DNA of 64,000 bases from an uncultured delta proteobacterium (GCA_963760795.1 CAVXEP010000029.1:352001-416000), one strand, 5' to 3'; counted from the first letter of the stretch, positions 1 to 9,948 are shown. Notes: a model not told the origin generated them from the letters alone. Numbers and translations: made by a program.

Positions 1-1
1 A

Positions 2-400
2 ATCACCGGGCATGTGAAAATTACCCGCTACGTGGCGGCGCATGACTCCGGCACGATCATCAATCGCTTGCCCGCCGAAAGCCAGATCAAAGGCGGCGTT
101 ACCCAGGGTATCGGCATGGCGTTTAGCGAAGAGCTGATTATAGACAAACTGACCGGCATCCCGGTCAACCCCAATTATCGTGACGCCAAGGTGCCGACGC
201 ACCTTGAGGTGCCGGAGGTCGAAGTTATTTTCATCGAACATGCTGACCCCTTCGGTCCGTTCGGCGGCAAAGTGGTCGGTGAACCGCCGATCACGTCGGC
301 GGTGGCGACGATCGCCAACGCGATCTTTAACGCCACCGGCAAACGGATCAAAGAGTTGCCGATCACGCCGGATAAAATCTTGCAGGCGCGCCTGGTCTGA
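2..400 (+). CDS. Xanthine dehydrogenase-family molybdopterin-binding subunit, C-terminal part (5' truncated by window edge)
   Basis: Motifs QIKGGVTQGIGMA and PFGGKVVGEPP...AIANAIFNATGKRI are typical of the Mo-binding subunit C-terminus; the frame is open to the window edge. Confidence 0.92.
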   Translation: MTGHVKITRYVAAHDSGTIINRLPAESQIKGGVTQGIGMAFSEELIIDKLTGIPVNPNYRDAKVPTHLEVPEVEVIFIEHADPFGPFGGKVVGEPPITSAVATIANAIFNATGKRIKELPITPDKILQARLV

Positions 401-412
401 GGGAGAAACGCC

Positions 413-1396
413 ATGAAGTCATTCGAAAACATCGATGCAAAAAGCGTAAAAGAAGCGGTCGGGCTGCTGCAGAAATTTAACCAGCAGAAAAAGCTCGCGG
501 CGGTGGTCGGCGGCGGCAGCGAATACTTGCAGCTGATGAAGGACCACGTCGTCGAGCCGGACTACGTGATCAACTTAAAGACCATTCCCGGCCTCGACTA
601 CATTCGCGAGGAGCGCGGCGGCTTTCGCATCGGCGCCCTGGTGAAGTTGGCCGATATCGAGGAGCACGGGGCGGTTCGCGAGAAGCTTTTGATTCTGGCC
701 GACGCCGCCGGCGACGCGGCATCGCCGCAGATTCGTAACGCCGGCACCATCGCCGGCAATATTTGCCAGCGGCCGTTCTGCTGGTATTTTCGTTCGTCCA
801 ATTTCACCTGTCTGCGTAAAGGCGGACAGCTCTGTTACACCGTCACAGGCGACGGCCGCTTCCATGCAATCCTCGGCGCTGGGCCAAGTTATATCGTGCA
901 CCCGTCCGATACCGCACCGGCGTTGGTGGCGCTCGGCGCGCAGATCAAGATCGTCGGACCCGCGGGCGAGAAAACTATGCCGCTGGAAAAGTTTTTCGTT
1001 CTACCGTCGGTGGATTATAGACGTGAGAATATTCTCAACCCCGGCGAAATCGTCACGGAGATTTTCGTGCCGACGCCCAAAGCTGGCAGCAAGGGTTTTC
1101 ACCACAAAGTGCGCGAACGCTTGGCTTGGGACCATGCCATCGTCGCCGTCGACACCATCGTCGAAGGTAGCGGCGGCGTGGTGCGACATGCCAGTGTGGT
1201 CATGGGCGGGGTCGCGCCGATTCCCTGGCGCGCGCAGAAGGCCGAGGAGTTTCTCCGCGGTAAACGGCTCGACGAAGCGACGGCTAAACAAGCCGGCGAG
1301 ATCGCTCTCGAAGGCGCCAAGCCGCTCAAAGATAACGTCTACAAAATCAAATTGGCCCAGGAACTAATTCAGCGAGGACTGCTGGCTTCGATCTAG
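413..1396 (+). CDS. Xanthine dehydrogenase-family FAD-binding subunit with [4Fe-4S] insert (PaoB/YagS-like)
   Basis: GGGSEY, ASPQIRNAGTIAGNICQRPFCWYFR..CLRKGGQLC and HPSD motifs; GGAGA RBS; follows the Mo subunit. Confidence 0.92.
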   Translation: MKSFENIDAKSVKEAVGLLQKFNQQKKLAAVVGGGSEYLQLMKDHVVEPDYVINLKTIPGLDYIREERGGFRIGALVKLADIEEHGAVREKLLILADAAGDAASPQIRNAGTIAGNICQRPFCWYFRSSNFTCLRKGGQLCYTVTGDGRFHAILGAGPSYIVHPSDTAPALVALGAQIKIVGPAGEKTMPLEKFFVLPSVDYRRENILNPGEIVTEIFVPTPKAGSKGFHHKVRERLAWDHAIVAVDTIVEGSGGVVRHASVVMGGVAPIPWRAQKAEEFLRGKRLDEATAKQAGEIALEGAKPLKDNVYKIKLAQELIQRGLLASI

Positions 1397-1509
1397 ACTG
1401 CCGTGATCGAAGTCCGATAATTTCCCCAAGGCTCACTGTTAAATCGAGTCGGCTTCGTACTTGAAAGAAGTACAGCTGGCAAGCAATCCGGTTGGCGGGC
1501 AATTTCGAC

Positions 1510-1538
1510 TTGACCTGTCTATGCCGAGCCCTTACACT
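1510..1538 (+). promoter_or_regulatory. Putative sigma70 promoter TTGACC-N17-TACACT
   Basis: Read directly; ATG at 1548 lies 9 nt downstream with no SD. Confidence 0.6.
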
Positions 1539-1547
1539 TTTGGCTTC

Positions 1548-2318
1548 ATGCTCGCCGAGGCTTTAAAGAATCGCTATTTGATTGCCGGCGCGGCGTTGTT
1601 TCCCGTCGCGCTGATGTTGATCCTGTTCGTCAGCGGACGTGAGAATCTTCGTCTGCCTTGGATGCAGAGTAGTATCAGCATTGAGCCTTCGGGCGCCGAT
1701 GCTATTGCGCAGATGAGAGAATTTCTCGCCAAGGAGCAGCGCCAGCTTGGCCAGTTCGAGCGCGAACAGTCGACGCTTCGTGCCGAGGTTATTCGCCAGC
1801 GCAAGCTGTTGCAGGAAGGCCAGCTTTCTAAGGAACAAGTTAAACAGACCGAGCTGTTGTTCGTCGCGGCGCTCAAGCGCGTTCACGAGATGCGTTATAC
1901 GGTGACGGAAACCGACATCGCTATCACCGAAGCGGTTCTCGGTGAAAAGGTTTTGCGCATGCCGACCTTGCCAATCGGTGGATTTAGCCAGACGGCGGAG
2001 TTGACGCGCTTCAATGGGCCGTTCAAATGGTCGATCGGCGAAGCGCCAAGGGTGGAGAAATTCTTCTCGCAAACCTTCGGCCGCCGGCTGCCGATAACGG
2101 CATTGGGGCAGTCAGATATTCATAATCGTTTAAGGTTCGATCACCGCGATGCGATGGATATCGGACTCCATCCTGATAGCGGCGAGGGTAGGGCGCTGGT
2201 CGGTTATCTACGCAAGTCCGGTATTCCCTTTCTCGCTTTTCGCAGTGCGATTCCAGGTGCCGCCACTGGGCCGCATATTCATATCGGCCGCCCGTCGGGA
2301 CGGCTCGCCCGCCAGTAA
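1548..2318 (+). CDS. Membrane-anchored coiled-coil protein with putative Hedgehog/DD-peptidase (M15-like) zinc domain, paralogue 1
   Basis: N-terminal hydrophobic helix, Q/E/L-rich coiled coil, C-terminal H..FDHRDAMDI...GPHIHIG; start chosen from the upstream promoter (track ORF starts at 1461). Confidence 0.6.
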   Translation: MLAEALKNRYLIAGAALFPVALMLILFVSGRENLRLPWMQSSISIEPSGADAIAQMREFLAKEQRQLGQFEREQSTLRAEVIRQRKLLQEGQLSKEQVKQTELLFVAALKRVHEMRYTVTETDIAITEAVLGEKVLRMPTLPIGGFSQTAELTRFNGPFKWSIGEAPRVEKFFSQTFGRRLPITALGQSDIHNRLRFDHRDAMDIGLHPDSGEGRALVGYLRKSGIPFLAFRSAIPGAATGPHIHIGRPSGRLARQ

Positions 2319-2462
2319 ACCGGATTTTACATCTATCGAATGGCGGGCAACTCCGCCCGTCAACTTTGTCAGTCCTGTCAAACGGGAATTTTGGCTCGTG
2401 AACTTCCCATGGTTTCTCCGGCTACGGCCGATCTTGTTATGGCTTTGCCTCGATTTCGCTCG

Positions 2463-2478
2463 CGGCATCTTGATTGCT
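2463..2478 (+). promoter_or_regulatory. Putative sigma54 -24/-12 promoter of the pilin gene
   Basis: cGGCATCTTGATTGCt = GG-N10-GC, close to TGGCAC-N5-TTGC, about 55 nt upstream of the pilin ATG. Confidence 0.6.
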
Positions 2479-2532
2479 TGGCTGAGCCCAGTAACCGACG
2501 ACTAATTTAGAAAAAATCACCGAGTGGGCAAC

Positions 2533-2721
2533 ATGGATCTGATAAAGAAACTCTTGCGGGAAGAAGATGGCCAGGGACAAGTCGAGTACACCTTGCTTGT
2601 ACTCGTCGTCGCACTGCTATTCTGGATGGGCGTGCGCGATACCGACATCGGCACTAGCATGACTGACGGTTGGTCCAAAATTTCCGATTGCGTGTTCTCG
2701 CCATTTTCCTGCGGTCCCTAG
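2533..2721 (+). CDS. flp: Flp/Fap family type IVb (Tad) pilin
   Basis: Leader MDLIKKLLREEDG, then GQGQVEYTLL (G|xxxxEY Flp motif) and a hydrophobic helix; about 62 aa. Confidence 0.85.
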   Translation: MDLIKKLLREEDGQGQVEYTLLVLVVALLFWMGVRDTDIGTSMTDGWSKISDCVFSPFSCGP

Positions 2722-2724
2722 CTT

Positions 2725-2765
2725 GGTCGGCCGCGCTGGCGCAGCGGCGCCTATTTTGGCCGACT
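2725..2765 (+). terminator. GC-rich hairpin after the pilin gene
   Basis: gtcggcc...ggccgac inverted repeat enclosing gcgctg/cggcgc. Confidence 0.4.
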
Positions 2766-3023
2766 ACTCGGACACGACAAGACCCCGCGCCCAGGAATCT
2801 TCCAGACCACGTCGCGTTGACGGCACTCGCCAGAGCAATTTGTTAGTTTCATTCGATGCCTTGTTGCCGCGTCTCTTGCGACCTGAAATTCACGCCTATC
2901 AGCGGTTTATGGTTGGCCACTTACACGGTCATACCTGCGAGTCGGCGATCGGCCGCTCTGGCAAACTTCTGGGTCGGGAGAGAAGTGTCCAGTGGCGATA
3001 AGAGATTTCGAGAACTGTCGGAC

Positions 3024-3052
3024 TTGACCGCTAATTGCATACTTCATAGACT
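3024..3052 (+). promoter_or_regulatory. Putative sigma70 promoter TTGACC-N17-TAGACT
   Basis: Read directly; same architecture as the promoter at 1510, with a GTG 9 nt downstream. Confidence 0.6.
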
Positions 3053-3061
3053 TGCGGGACA

Positions 3062-3829
3062 GTGTCGAGTTGTGCCAGCGCTATGGAAACCTGCCGAAGA
3101 ACGATCTTGCTAATATTTGCTGTGGCATTGTTGGCGCCGGTGTTGGGCTTGGGCCAGGGCGCGCCAGGAGGCTCCCGTTCCACTCCGACCGATTCCGAGC
3201 TCGCGCGCTCGCGCAACGACGTGATCCAAAAAACCAAGGAGACCCGTGCCGGCGCGGAAACGCTCTTGGCGTTGCACGAGGCGGAAGTCAAGCGCATCAC
3301 CGCGGAATTCGAGCGCCGGCGCGAACTTTACCACCAGGGGTTAATTTCCCGTACTGAAATGATTCAGGCGGAGCAAGCGGTGGCGCAGGCCGTGTTGCGG
3401 CTCGAGGACGACAAACGCTTTCTTGCCGAAACCGATACCGCTCTCACTGAATTCGCCATGCGCGATGAATTGCTGCGGCTCCCCGGTTTGGCCCTGGGCG
3501 GCTACAGCGAAACCAATACTTTACTGCGCTTCAACGGCGCGGCGGGATTTACTTTGGCGGAGTTCGCGAAAATCGAAAGATTTTTTTCGCAATCCTTTGG
3601 CCGCGGGATGCCGATCAGTGCTCTGGGCCAGACGGCGACCCATGAGCGCATGAGATTCGATCATCGCAACGCGGTCGATGTGGCGCTCCACCCCGAAAGC
3701 GCCGAAGGCCGGTCGGTGCTCAACTATTTACGTCAGGCGGGTATTCCATTTATCGCATTTCGCGGCGCCGTCGCCGGCGCCGCCACCGGAGCGCATATTC
3801 ATATTGGCAAGCCATCGCCCCGTTTGTAG
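3062..3829 (+). CDS. Secreted coiled-coil protein with putative M15-like zinc peptidase domain, paralogue 2
   Basis: Signal-peptide-like N-terminus; C-terminal H..FDHRNAVDV...GAHIHIG aligns by eye with 1548..2318; alternative start ATG 3083. Confidence 0.6.
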   Translation: MSSCASAMETCRRTILLIFAVALLAPVLGLGQGAPGGSRSTPTDSELARSRNDVIQKTKETRAGAETLLALHEAEVKRITAEFERRRELYHQGLISRTEMIQAEQAVAQAVLRLEDDKRFLAETDTALTEFAMRDELLRLPGLALGGYSETNTLLRFNGAAGFTLAEFAKIERFFSQSFGRGMPISALGQTATHERMRFDHRNAVDVALHPESAEGRSVLNYLRQAGIPFIAFRGAVAGAATGAHIHIGKPSPRL

Positions 3830-3906
3830 AGGATCTGCGGCGCATTCGGACTGGTAGTTTTCCGCCGCAGCTACAGCCGCGCCGGGGTTTAGCTAAGTCA
3901 CTAACT

Positions 3907-4650
3907 ATGGCACCGCCAACCTCACCCATGCCCGCATCGACGGTCGTCTTGGCGCGACCGAGCGAAAAGGGCGCATTTGAAATTTTTATGAACCGGCGTC
4001 CAGAAAAAATGGACACCTACGCGGGAGTCTATGTTTTTCCCGGCGGGCGGGTGGAAAGTACGGATTGGTCGTCGCCCATGCTCAGTTTGGTGCGCGGGGT
4101 CACGCCCGCGGACGCGCAGCAAAAGCTTGGCAGCGCGGCCGGACCGGAAGTTTGTCTGGGCTATTGGGTCGCCGCGGTGCGGGAGTTGTTTGAAGAGGCG
4201 GGCATCCATTTTTTCGTGCGGCAGAACTATGAACCGGCGATCATGGATGCGACCGACCTTAGCGCGCGGCTGGCGCAAAAGCGCGCCGAACTGCAACAGG
4301 GCAAATACGATTTGCCTACGCTGATGGCCGCTGAGCGATTATATTGCGATGTCGGGAGGCTCAGCTATTTTTTTCATCGGGTTACCCCGGAGCATTATCC
4401 GGTGCGCTTCGACACCCGCTTCTATTTGGCAGCTTTACCCGAGGGACAAAACCCCTTGCACAGCTCTGAAGAGGTGGCCGAGAGTCTTTGGGTTGCGCCT
4501 AAAGCGGCACTCGACCATGGCCAAGCCGGTAACTTTCCGATGATGCCGCCGACCATCGCGGTTTTGCGCACTCTCGCCGCGCACGACTCGTGGAATTCTC
4601 TGTGTAAAGCTTTTCAACTATGTGAGCCTTACGCCGCCGTGCCAAACTGA
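3907..4650 (+). CDS. NUDIX hydrolase (NUDT19-like)
   Basis: VFPGGRVE...AAVRELFEEAG Nudix box and RFDTRFYLA motif. Confidence 0.88.
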   Translation: MAPPTSPMPASTVVLARPSEKGAFEIFMNRRPEKMDTYAGVYVFPGGRVESTDWSSPMLSLVRGVTPADAQQKLGSAAGPEVCLGYWVAAVRELFEEAGIHFFVRQNYEPAIMDATDLSARLAQKRAELQQGKYDLPTLMAAERLYCDVGRLSYFFHRVTPEHYPVRFDTRFYLAALPEGQNPLHSSEEVAESLWVAPKAALDHGQAGNFPMMPPTIAVLRTLAAHDSWNSLCKAFQLCEPYAAVPN

Positions 4651-4805
4651 CAAACCCGTCACCAAATTACCTAATCGAGCAACAAAATAGGCCAAAGCTT
4701 TACGCTAAGGTCTGCGCGTTTTCAGCTAGTTATCGCAGACTGCCCGCAGGCACCGAGTTTGCGTTAAGGCTACCGCAGAGGGACCAGGAATCGATGGACG
4801 TAGAA

Positions 4806-4834
4806 TTGCCCGACACTATCGATGGTGCTATAAT
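4806..4834 (+). promoter_or_regulatory. Putative sigma70 promoter of glgP with a palindromic spacer
   Basis: TTGCCC-N17-TATAAT with extended TG; the spacer holds the near-palindrome CACTATCGATGGTG. Confidence 0.6.
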
Positions 4835-4923
4835 CGTCAAAACTTATCGGAATATCCAGAAACTGACTCCTACCCCCTACGCCATCAATGCCCCGTTAGC
4901 CGTTTGCTCGTAAAATTCGTCAA

Positions 4924-6663
4924 ATGAGAGTGGATATGACAGATGTATCGCCCAAAGAGGGAACCATTGCTTACTTCTCAATGGATGTCGCGGTGGATTC
5001 CAATATCCCAACTTATAGCGGCGGCTTGGGCGTCCTGGCCGGCGACATGTTGCGTTCCGCGGCCGATCTGCAGCTGCCGATGGTAGCGGTTTCATTACTG
5101 CACCGTAAAGGCTATTTCGATCAGCGCCTCGACTCTCGCGGCAATCAAATGGAAAGTCCGGTTAAGTGGTCGCCGGAGCGGCATTTGCAACGGTTGACGG
5201 AGCGGGTGACGCTGATTATCGGCAGTCATCCCGTACAGATCGGCGCTTGGCAATATCTATTCACCGGTGTTACCGGCCACACCGTGCCGTTGATCTTTCT
5301 CGACACCGACTTGGCGGAAAACGATTCCAGCGATCGCAGCTTGACTGACTTTCTCTACGGCGGCGATGAACGCTACCGGCTCTGCCAAGAAACGATATTA
5401 GGAATCGCCGGCGTGCTCATGCTGCGCGCCCTCGGTCACAAGGACATTCGCGTGTTTCACATGAACGAGGGCCATTCGGCGCTGGCGACGCTGGCGCTCT
5501 TGGAAGAACATACCGGCGCGGTGCGTGAACGGCGTTATTCGGATAACCAAGTGGAGTCGGTGCGGCGCCAGTGCGTTTTTACCACGCATACGCCAGTAGC
5601 GGCGGGCCATGATCGATTTAATAGCGAATTAGTGTGCCAAGTTTTGGGCGACACGCGTGCCGGTGTGCTCAGCGATCTCCAGGTCATGAACGGTGCGCTC
5701 AATATGACCGAGCTGGCCCTGCGTTTTTCGGGATACGTCAACGGCGTGTCGATGCGCCATGGCGAAGTGTCCCGCGACATGTTTCCCAATCAGCCTATCG
5801 AAGCGATCACCAACGGAGTTCACGCCGCCACCTGGAGCGCGGCGCCGATGGCCGCGTTGTTCGATCGCACTCTACCCAAGTGGCGCGAAGACAACTGTTT
5901 TTTGCGCTACGCTGTGGGGATTCCTTTGCCCGAGTTGCGTCTGGCGCACGCCCAGGCCAAACGGGAGTTGCTACGCCAGGTGCGCTGGCTCACCGGTAGC
6001 CAGCTCGATGATCAAGTTTTCACCCTGGGTTTCGCCCGGCGCGCGACCGGTTACAAGCGCGGCGATTTGCTGTTCACCGATATCGCGCGGCTGAAAAAAA
6101 TTAGCCAACAAGCGGGACCGATCCAGCTTATCTACGCCGGCAAGGCCCATCCGCGGGACGACGGCGGCAAGGCGATCATTCGGCGCATCTTCGAAGCCGC
6201 GGCGTCACTCGCCAACGACGTGCGCGTGGTTTACCTCGAGAACTATGACATGGCGCTGGGGAAAACGCTTTGTTCCGGCGTCGATGTTTGGCTCAATACG
6301 CCGCTGCGACCCCAAGAAGCCTCGGGTACCAGCGGCATGAAGGCCGCGCTCAACGGCGTGCCGAGCTTTAGCGTGCTCGACGGTTGGTGGATCGAGGGCC
6401 ATATCGAAGGCGTGACCGGCTGGTCCGTCGGCGATGCCGCCAACTCGGATAACGATTCCGCTGCGGAAGCGCTCTCGCTGTACCATAAGCTCGAACAGGT
6501 GATCTTGCCGCTCTATTATCGTGAGCCGGATAAATTCGCTCAAGTGATGCGCTCCTCCATCGCCCTCAACGGTTCGTTCTTCAACACTCAGCGCATGTTA
6601 TCCCAATATATGCGTAATGCCTACGCGCCATTGAGCGCCGCCACTGCCAAAGCCTTCGATTGA
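4924..6663 (+). CDS. glgP: Alpha-glucan (glycogen/starch) phosphorylase
   Basis: [34 protein letters not shown] and EASGTSGMK (PLP lysine) motifs. Confidence 0.96.
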   Translation: MRVDMTDVSPKEGTIAYFSMDVAVDSNIPTYSGGLGVLAGDMLRSAADLQLPMVAVSLLHRKGYFDQRLDSRGNQMESPVKWSPERHLQRLTERVTLIIGSHPVQIGAWQYLFTGVTGHTVPLIFLDTDLAENDSSDRSLTDFLYGGDERYRLCQETILGIAGVLMLRALGHKDIRVFHMNEGHSALATLALLEEHTGAVRERRYSDNQVESVRRQCVFTTHTPVAAGHDRFNSELVCQVLGDTRAGVLSDLQVMNGALNMTELALRFSGYVNGVSMRHGEVSRDMFPNQPIEAITNGVHAATWSAAPMAALFDRTLPKWREDNCFLRYAVGIPLPELRLAHAQAKRELLRQVRWLTGSQLDDQVFTLGFARRATGYKRGDLLFTDIARLKKISQQAGPIQLIYAGKAHPRDDGGKAIIRRIFEAAASLANDVRVVYLENYDMALGKTLCSGVDVWLNTPLRPQEASGTSGMKAALNGVPSFSVLDGWWIEGHIEGVTGWSVGDAANSDNDSAAEALSLYHKLEQVILPLYYREPDKFAQVMRSSIALNGSFFNTQRMLSQYMRNAYAPLSAATAKAFD

Positions 6664-6713
6664 TCCAAAGCTGCTGGTTCGCGCTTGGCTGACGATTCCG
6701 ATTCAAAAAAACT

Positions 6714-7574
6714 CTAGCGAGGGGTTTGGATAAAACTCCTGAGCCGCTCATAGTAGCCATCGCCGCCGGCGATGAAGGTGTCGTTATGGCCCGCGCCCTT
6801 GATCGGATAAAATTGCTTGGGGTGACGTGCGGCGGCGAAGACTCTCTGGCCCTGCTCGAAGGGAATGATCTCATCCTGGTCGCCGTGCAACACGAGCAGC
6901 GGCGCGGTTATCTTCCCAACCTTGTCGATGACGTCAAATTTTGCGCTCAGCATCGGTCCGATCGGCAAAGCGGGTAACATCGCTTTGACCATTTCTCCTA
7001 TCGACGCGAAGGGACTTTCCAAGATGACTGCTCGACTATCGTGGCGGCTCGCCATCTCCGCGGCGACCGCGGCGCCCAGGGAGCGACCGAAGATCACGAG
7101 ATTATTGCTCTCGACCTTCAATTGCCTGCGGACGAATTTCATGGCGGCTTCGCCGTCGAGATAGGTTGTTGTTTCCGAAGAACTGCCGGGGCTGCGGCCG
7201 TAGCCGCGGTAGTCAAAGATAAAAATGCTGATGCCAGTCTTGTCGTGTAGGAGCTTGATGTTGTCCACCCGATCGCCGATGTTGCCGGCGTTGCCATGAA
7301 ACCAAATCATCGTCGCGCTGGCCTGGAGGTGGGGAATGAACCAGCCGTTGAGACGGACATTGTCGGCGGTGGTGAAGTAGAGATCCTGGTATTCGAGTCC
7401 GACATCGCTCGGCGTGCGCGCGATCTCGATCGTGGGATGAAAGATCAGCCGGTTCTCCAAGCCGCAACCGGTTAGCAAGCAGAGCATTACGATTAGAAAA
7501 TTGCCGGCGCCAATGCGTTGCCGCGCCGCCGATTGGCGGTATTTAACTTGGTAGTTCTGAATCAGTCGGACCAA
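6714..7574 (-). CDS. Alpha/beta hydrolase (ABHD13/BEM46-like), possible lipoprotein; true start may be downstream
   Basis: FHGNAGN, DYRGYG, GRSLG nucleophile elbow, HGDQDE and GAGHND; lipobox-like LTGC. Confidence 0.9.
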   Translation of the reverse strand: MVRLIQNYQVKYRQSAARQRIGAGNFLIVMLCLLTGCGLENRLIFHPTIEIARTPSDVGLEYQDLYFTTADNVRLNGWFIPHLQASATMIWFHGNAGNIGDRVDNIKLLHDKTGISIFIFDYRGYGRSPGSSSETTTYLDGEAAMKFVRRQLKVESNNLVIFGRSLGAAVAAEMASRHDSRAVILESPFASIGEMVKAMLPALPIGPMLSAKFDVIDKVGKITAPLLVLHGDQDEIIPFEQGQRVFAAARHPKQFYPIKGAGHNDTFIAGGDGYYERLRSFIQTPR

Positions 7575-7613
7575 GGCGGGTCATCCCAGTGAAACTGTGC
7601 CGCGCACCTGGTT

Positions 7614-8129
7614 TCAGTGCTTGTGCTCGCCGCGGAGTTTCCACTCCAGGCCGTCGATGATGCACTCGACGCTCGCCTGCAAAATATCGGCGGCGACACC
7701 GACGGTACCCCAGCGTTCGTTGCCGTCGGCGAAGATCGCCAGCACCCGCACCAGCGCACCGGCGCCGGTTTCCTCTTCATCGCCGGCAACGCCATGCAAC
7801 AGGCGCACGTCGAACTCCTCCAGCGTCACCTCTGACAATTGCGGATAATGTTTCTCAAGGATCTTGCGCATGGCGTTATCGACGGCGTGCACCGGACCCC
7901 GGCCGTGGGCGGCGACCAGCTCTTCGTCGCCGAAAACTTCGATGAGCACGGTAGCCTCAGTGTGGCTGCGATGGCTTTCGATCGCCTGAAAGTCCACTTG
8001 ATCGTCGATCTTGCAGCGCAAGACCCGAAAGGGTTTCAGATAGTCCTGACGGCGCCGGATCGACATCAGTTCAAAAGACGCCCAGGCACCCTCAAGCCGA
8101 AAAAAGTCTTCTTTCAAGTCTCTCGCCAT
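7614..8129 (-). CDS. Stand-alone citramalate/isopropylmalate synthase C-terminal regulatory domain protein
   Basis: EGAWASFEL, EATV, GRGPVHAVDNAMRK, VRVL..DG..WGTVGV match the CimA/LeuA allosteric domain; no catalytic TIM barrel; GGGAG RBS. Confidence 0.8.
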   Translation of the reverse strand: MARDLKEDFFRLEGAWASFELMSIRRRQDYLKPFRVLRCKIDDQVDFQAIESHRSHTEATVLIEVFGDEELVAAHGRGPVHAVDNAMRKILEKHYPQLSEVTLEEFDVRLLHGVAGDEEETGAGALVRVLAIFADGNERWGTVGVAADILQASVECIIDGLEWKLRGEHKH

Positions 8130-8283
8130 GATTGACTCCCGCAATCCCGTTTACGCCATTGACCGTGTGCGCCATTATATTCCTCAAGGTAAAAACTGCC
8201 AGGCCGATCCCGCGCGTCTCGTTATTCAAACTGATCGAGGGAAAAACTTTGCAGTAACGCGCAAGTCTGGTATCCTTTTCCCG

Positions 8284-8859
8284 ATGCCGATGGAAATCAA
8301 GGTACCGGAGAATAGCTTACAGGGGTATTTTCTCCAAGTGGTGCGCCAGAGCTTTTGGCAAGTGGGGATTTATGACGCGACGGTCGCTCAGTATGTCGCC
8401 GACGTCTTGGCCGACTTTGCGCGGACCGACAATCTCTACCAAATGCGCGGCCGGGGCGGACGTAAGATCGACAGCGTCGTCGAGATGCTGGCGCAAGCGC
8501 CGGCGGTGCCGGCCGACGAGGCCGATGTCTTGCGCCAGCGCAGGTTGCGAAAGTACGTGGGCGATTATGCGCTGTTCATGAGCGGGATTTTTCGCAAGTA
8601 CATCGAAGGCAAGGGTTCCCTGGATTATTACATTCAAGAGGGCAGCCGGTCCTATTGGACTGTTTCCGAACTCGATCTTGCGCTCTACCGCACCGGTTAT
8701 TATCTCTACCAGGAGCTTTCGACAAAGTTCGAGTACTATTCCGGCGCGCTCGACTTCATACGCAAGACTCACTTCGCGGCGGCGCCGGGCGAAGACCCAT
8801 TCGCGGGTTTCCTTCGGCAAATTAGAGGCTGGATGAAAATCCACGTGAGCGAGAATTGA
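8284..8859 (+). CDS. Conserved hypothetical protein
   Basis: Clean ORF with LRKYVGDYALFMSGIF and YYIQEGSRSY; start inferred from TTGCAG-N16-TATCCT 7 nt upstream. Confidence 0.7.
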   Translation: MPMEIKVPENSLQGYFLQVVRQSFWQVGIYDATVAQYVADVLADFARTDNLYQMRGRGGRKIDSVVEMLAQAPAVPADEADVLRQRRLRKYVGDYALFMSGIFRKYIEGKGSLDYYIQEGSRSYWTVSELDLALYRTGYYLYQELSTKFEYYSGALDFIRKTHFAAAPGEDPFAGFLRQIRGWMKIHVSEN

Positions 8860-8907
8860 GCACTCTTAACCGGTAATCGCTCCGCTCCAGTCACGGAACT
8901 TGCAAAG

Positions 8908-9948
8908 TTGAAAATCCTCCGCACCGTACTGCTTGCCACGGCGTTGGCTCTGCCGCTGTCAGTGGGGCTGTTCTTCTACAACATTTATTATTCCCGGCCT
9001 GCCAGCGGTACCTATCCAACCGAGGTCAGAGTTGAGTCCGGCGATTCATTCGCCACCGTGACGCGCAAGTTGCGCGAGCAACAGGTGATATCCAACGGTT
9101 TATTTTTTTCCTTATGGGCTCGTTTTAACGGCTCGGAGAAAAAAATTCACCAGGGGCTGTATCGCTTCGAGAACAGTGTCGCACCTTGGGAAGTCTTAGA
9201 ACGGTTGGTGGCCGGCAAAGGGATCTTTCATAGCGTAACCATCCCCGAAGGACTGACGATCAAGGAGATCGCCGAGCTCTTAGACAAGATGCAAATCGCC
9301 GATAAGGCGAAATTTCTCGCCGCCGCCGCCGATTCCAGTGTGCTCACCGCGCTCGGCCTTGGCGATAAAGGTCTCGAAGGATATTTATTCCCCAGCACCT
9401 ATCATTTTACGCCGGCAACGCCGGAACGGGAAATTATCATTGCAATGGCCGAACAGTTCCGCAGATCGGCCCAACCACTATTGGCTAAAACGGCAATGAC
9501 GGCGCAGTTCTCCACGCATGAGCTGCTGACGTTGGCATCGATCGTCGAGAAAGAGACTGGCGTGGAAGCGGAGCGCGGTCGGGTCGCTGCGGTGTTTCAC
9601 AACCGGCTCAAGCGCCAGATGCCGCTGCAGAGCGACCCGACGGTGATTTACGGCCTCAAGGATTTCAACGGCGATTTGACCAAGAAAGACTTGCGCGACG
9701 ACAATCCCTATAACACCTATCGGATCACGGCGTTGCCACCGGGACCGATTTGTAATCCGAGTCTGTCTTCGATTAAGGCGACTCTCAACCCCGCGGATGT
9801 TCCATATATCTATTTCGTCTCGAAGAATGATGGCACTCATGCGTTTTCGGAAACCATCGAAGAGCATAATCAAGCGGTAAAAACCTACCAGCCGGCGCGT
9901 GAAACGCCGCGCCGACAAGTCAAAAACGCCTCGGCGAAACAGCGCTAA
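8908..9948 (+). CDS. mltG: Endolytic transglycosylase MltG (YceG)
   Basis: TIPEG, LEGYLFPSTY, LASIVEKE, LQSDPTV, PYNTY and LPPGPICNP motifs. Confidence 0.96.
   Translation: MKILRTVLLATALALPLSVGLFFYNIYYSRPASGTYPTEVRVESGDSFATVTRKLREQQVISNGLFFSLWARFNGSEKKIHQGLYRFENSVAPWEVLERLVAGKGIFHSVTIPEGLTIKEIAELLDKMQIADKAKFLAAAADSSVLTALGLGDKGLEGYLFPSTYHFTPATPEREIIIAMAEQFRRSAQPLLAKTAMTAQFSTHELLTLASIVEKETGVEAERGRVAAVFHNRLKRQMPLQSDPTVIYGLKDFNGDLTKKDLRDDNPYNTYRITALPPGPICNPSLSSIKATLNPADVPYIYFVSKNDGTHAFSETIEEHNQAVKTYQPARETPRRQVKNASAKQR

Noticed and set aside
2723-3113. Short ORFs between the pilin and the second peptidase-like gene
   Set aside because: No RBS or motifs, and they overlap a hairpin and a clear promoter
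8128-8283. Upstream extensions of ORFs 8128, 1461 and 33844
   Set aside because: Promoter-like hexamers inside the extensions point to later starts at 8284, 1548 and 33967
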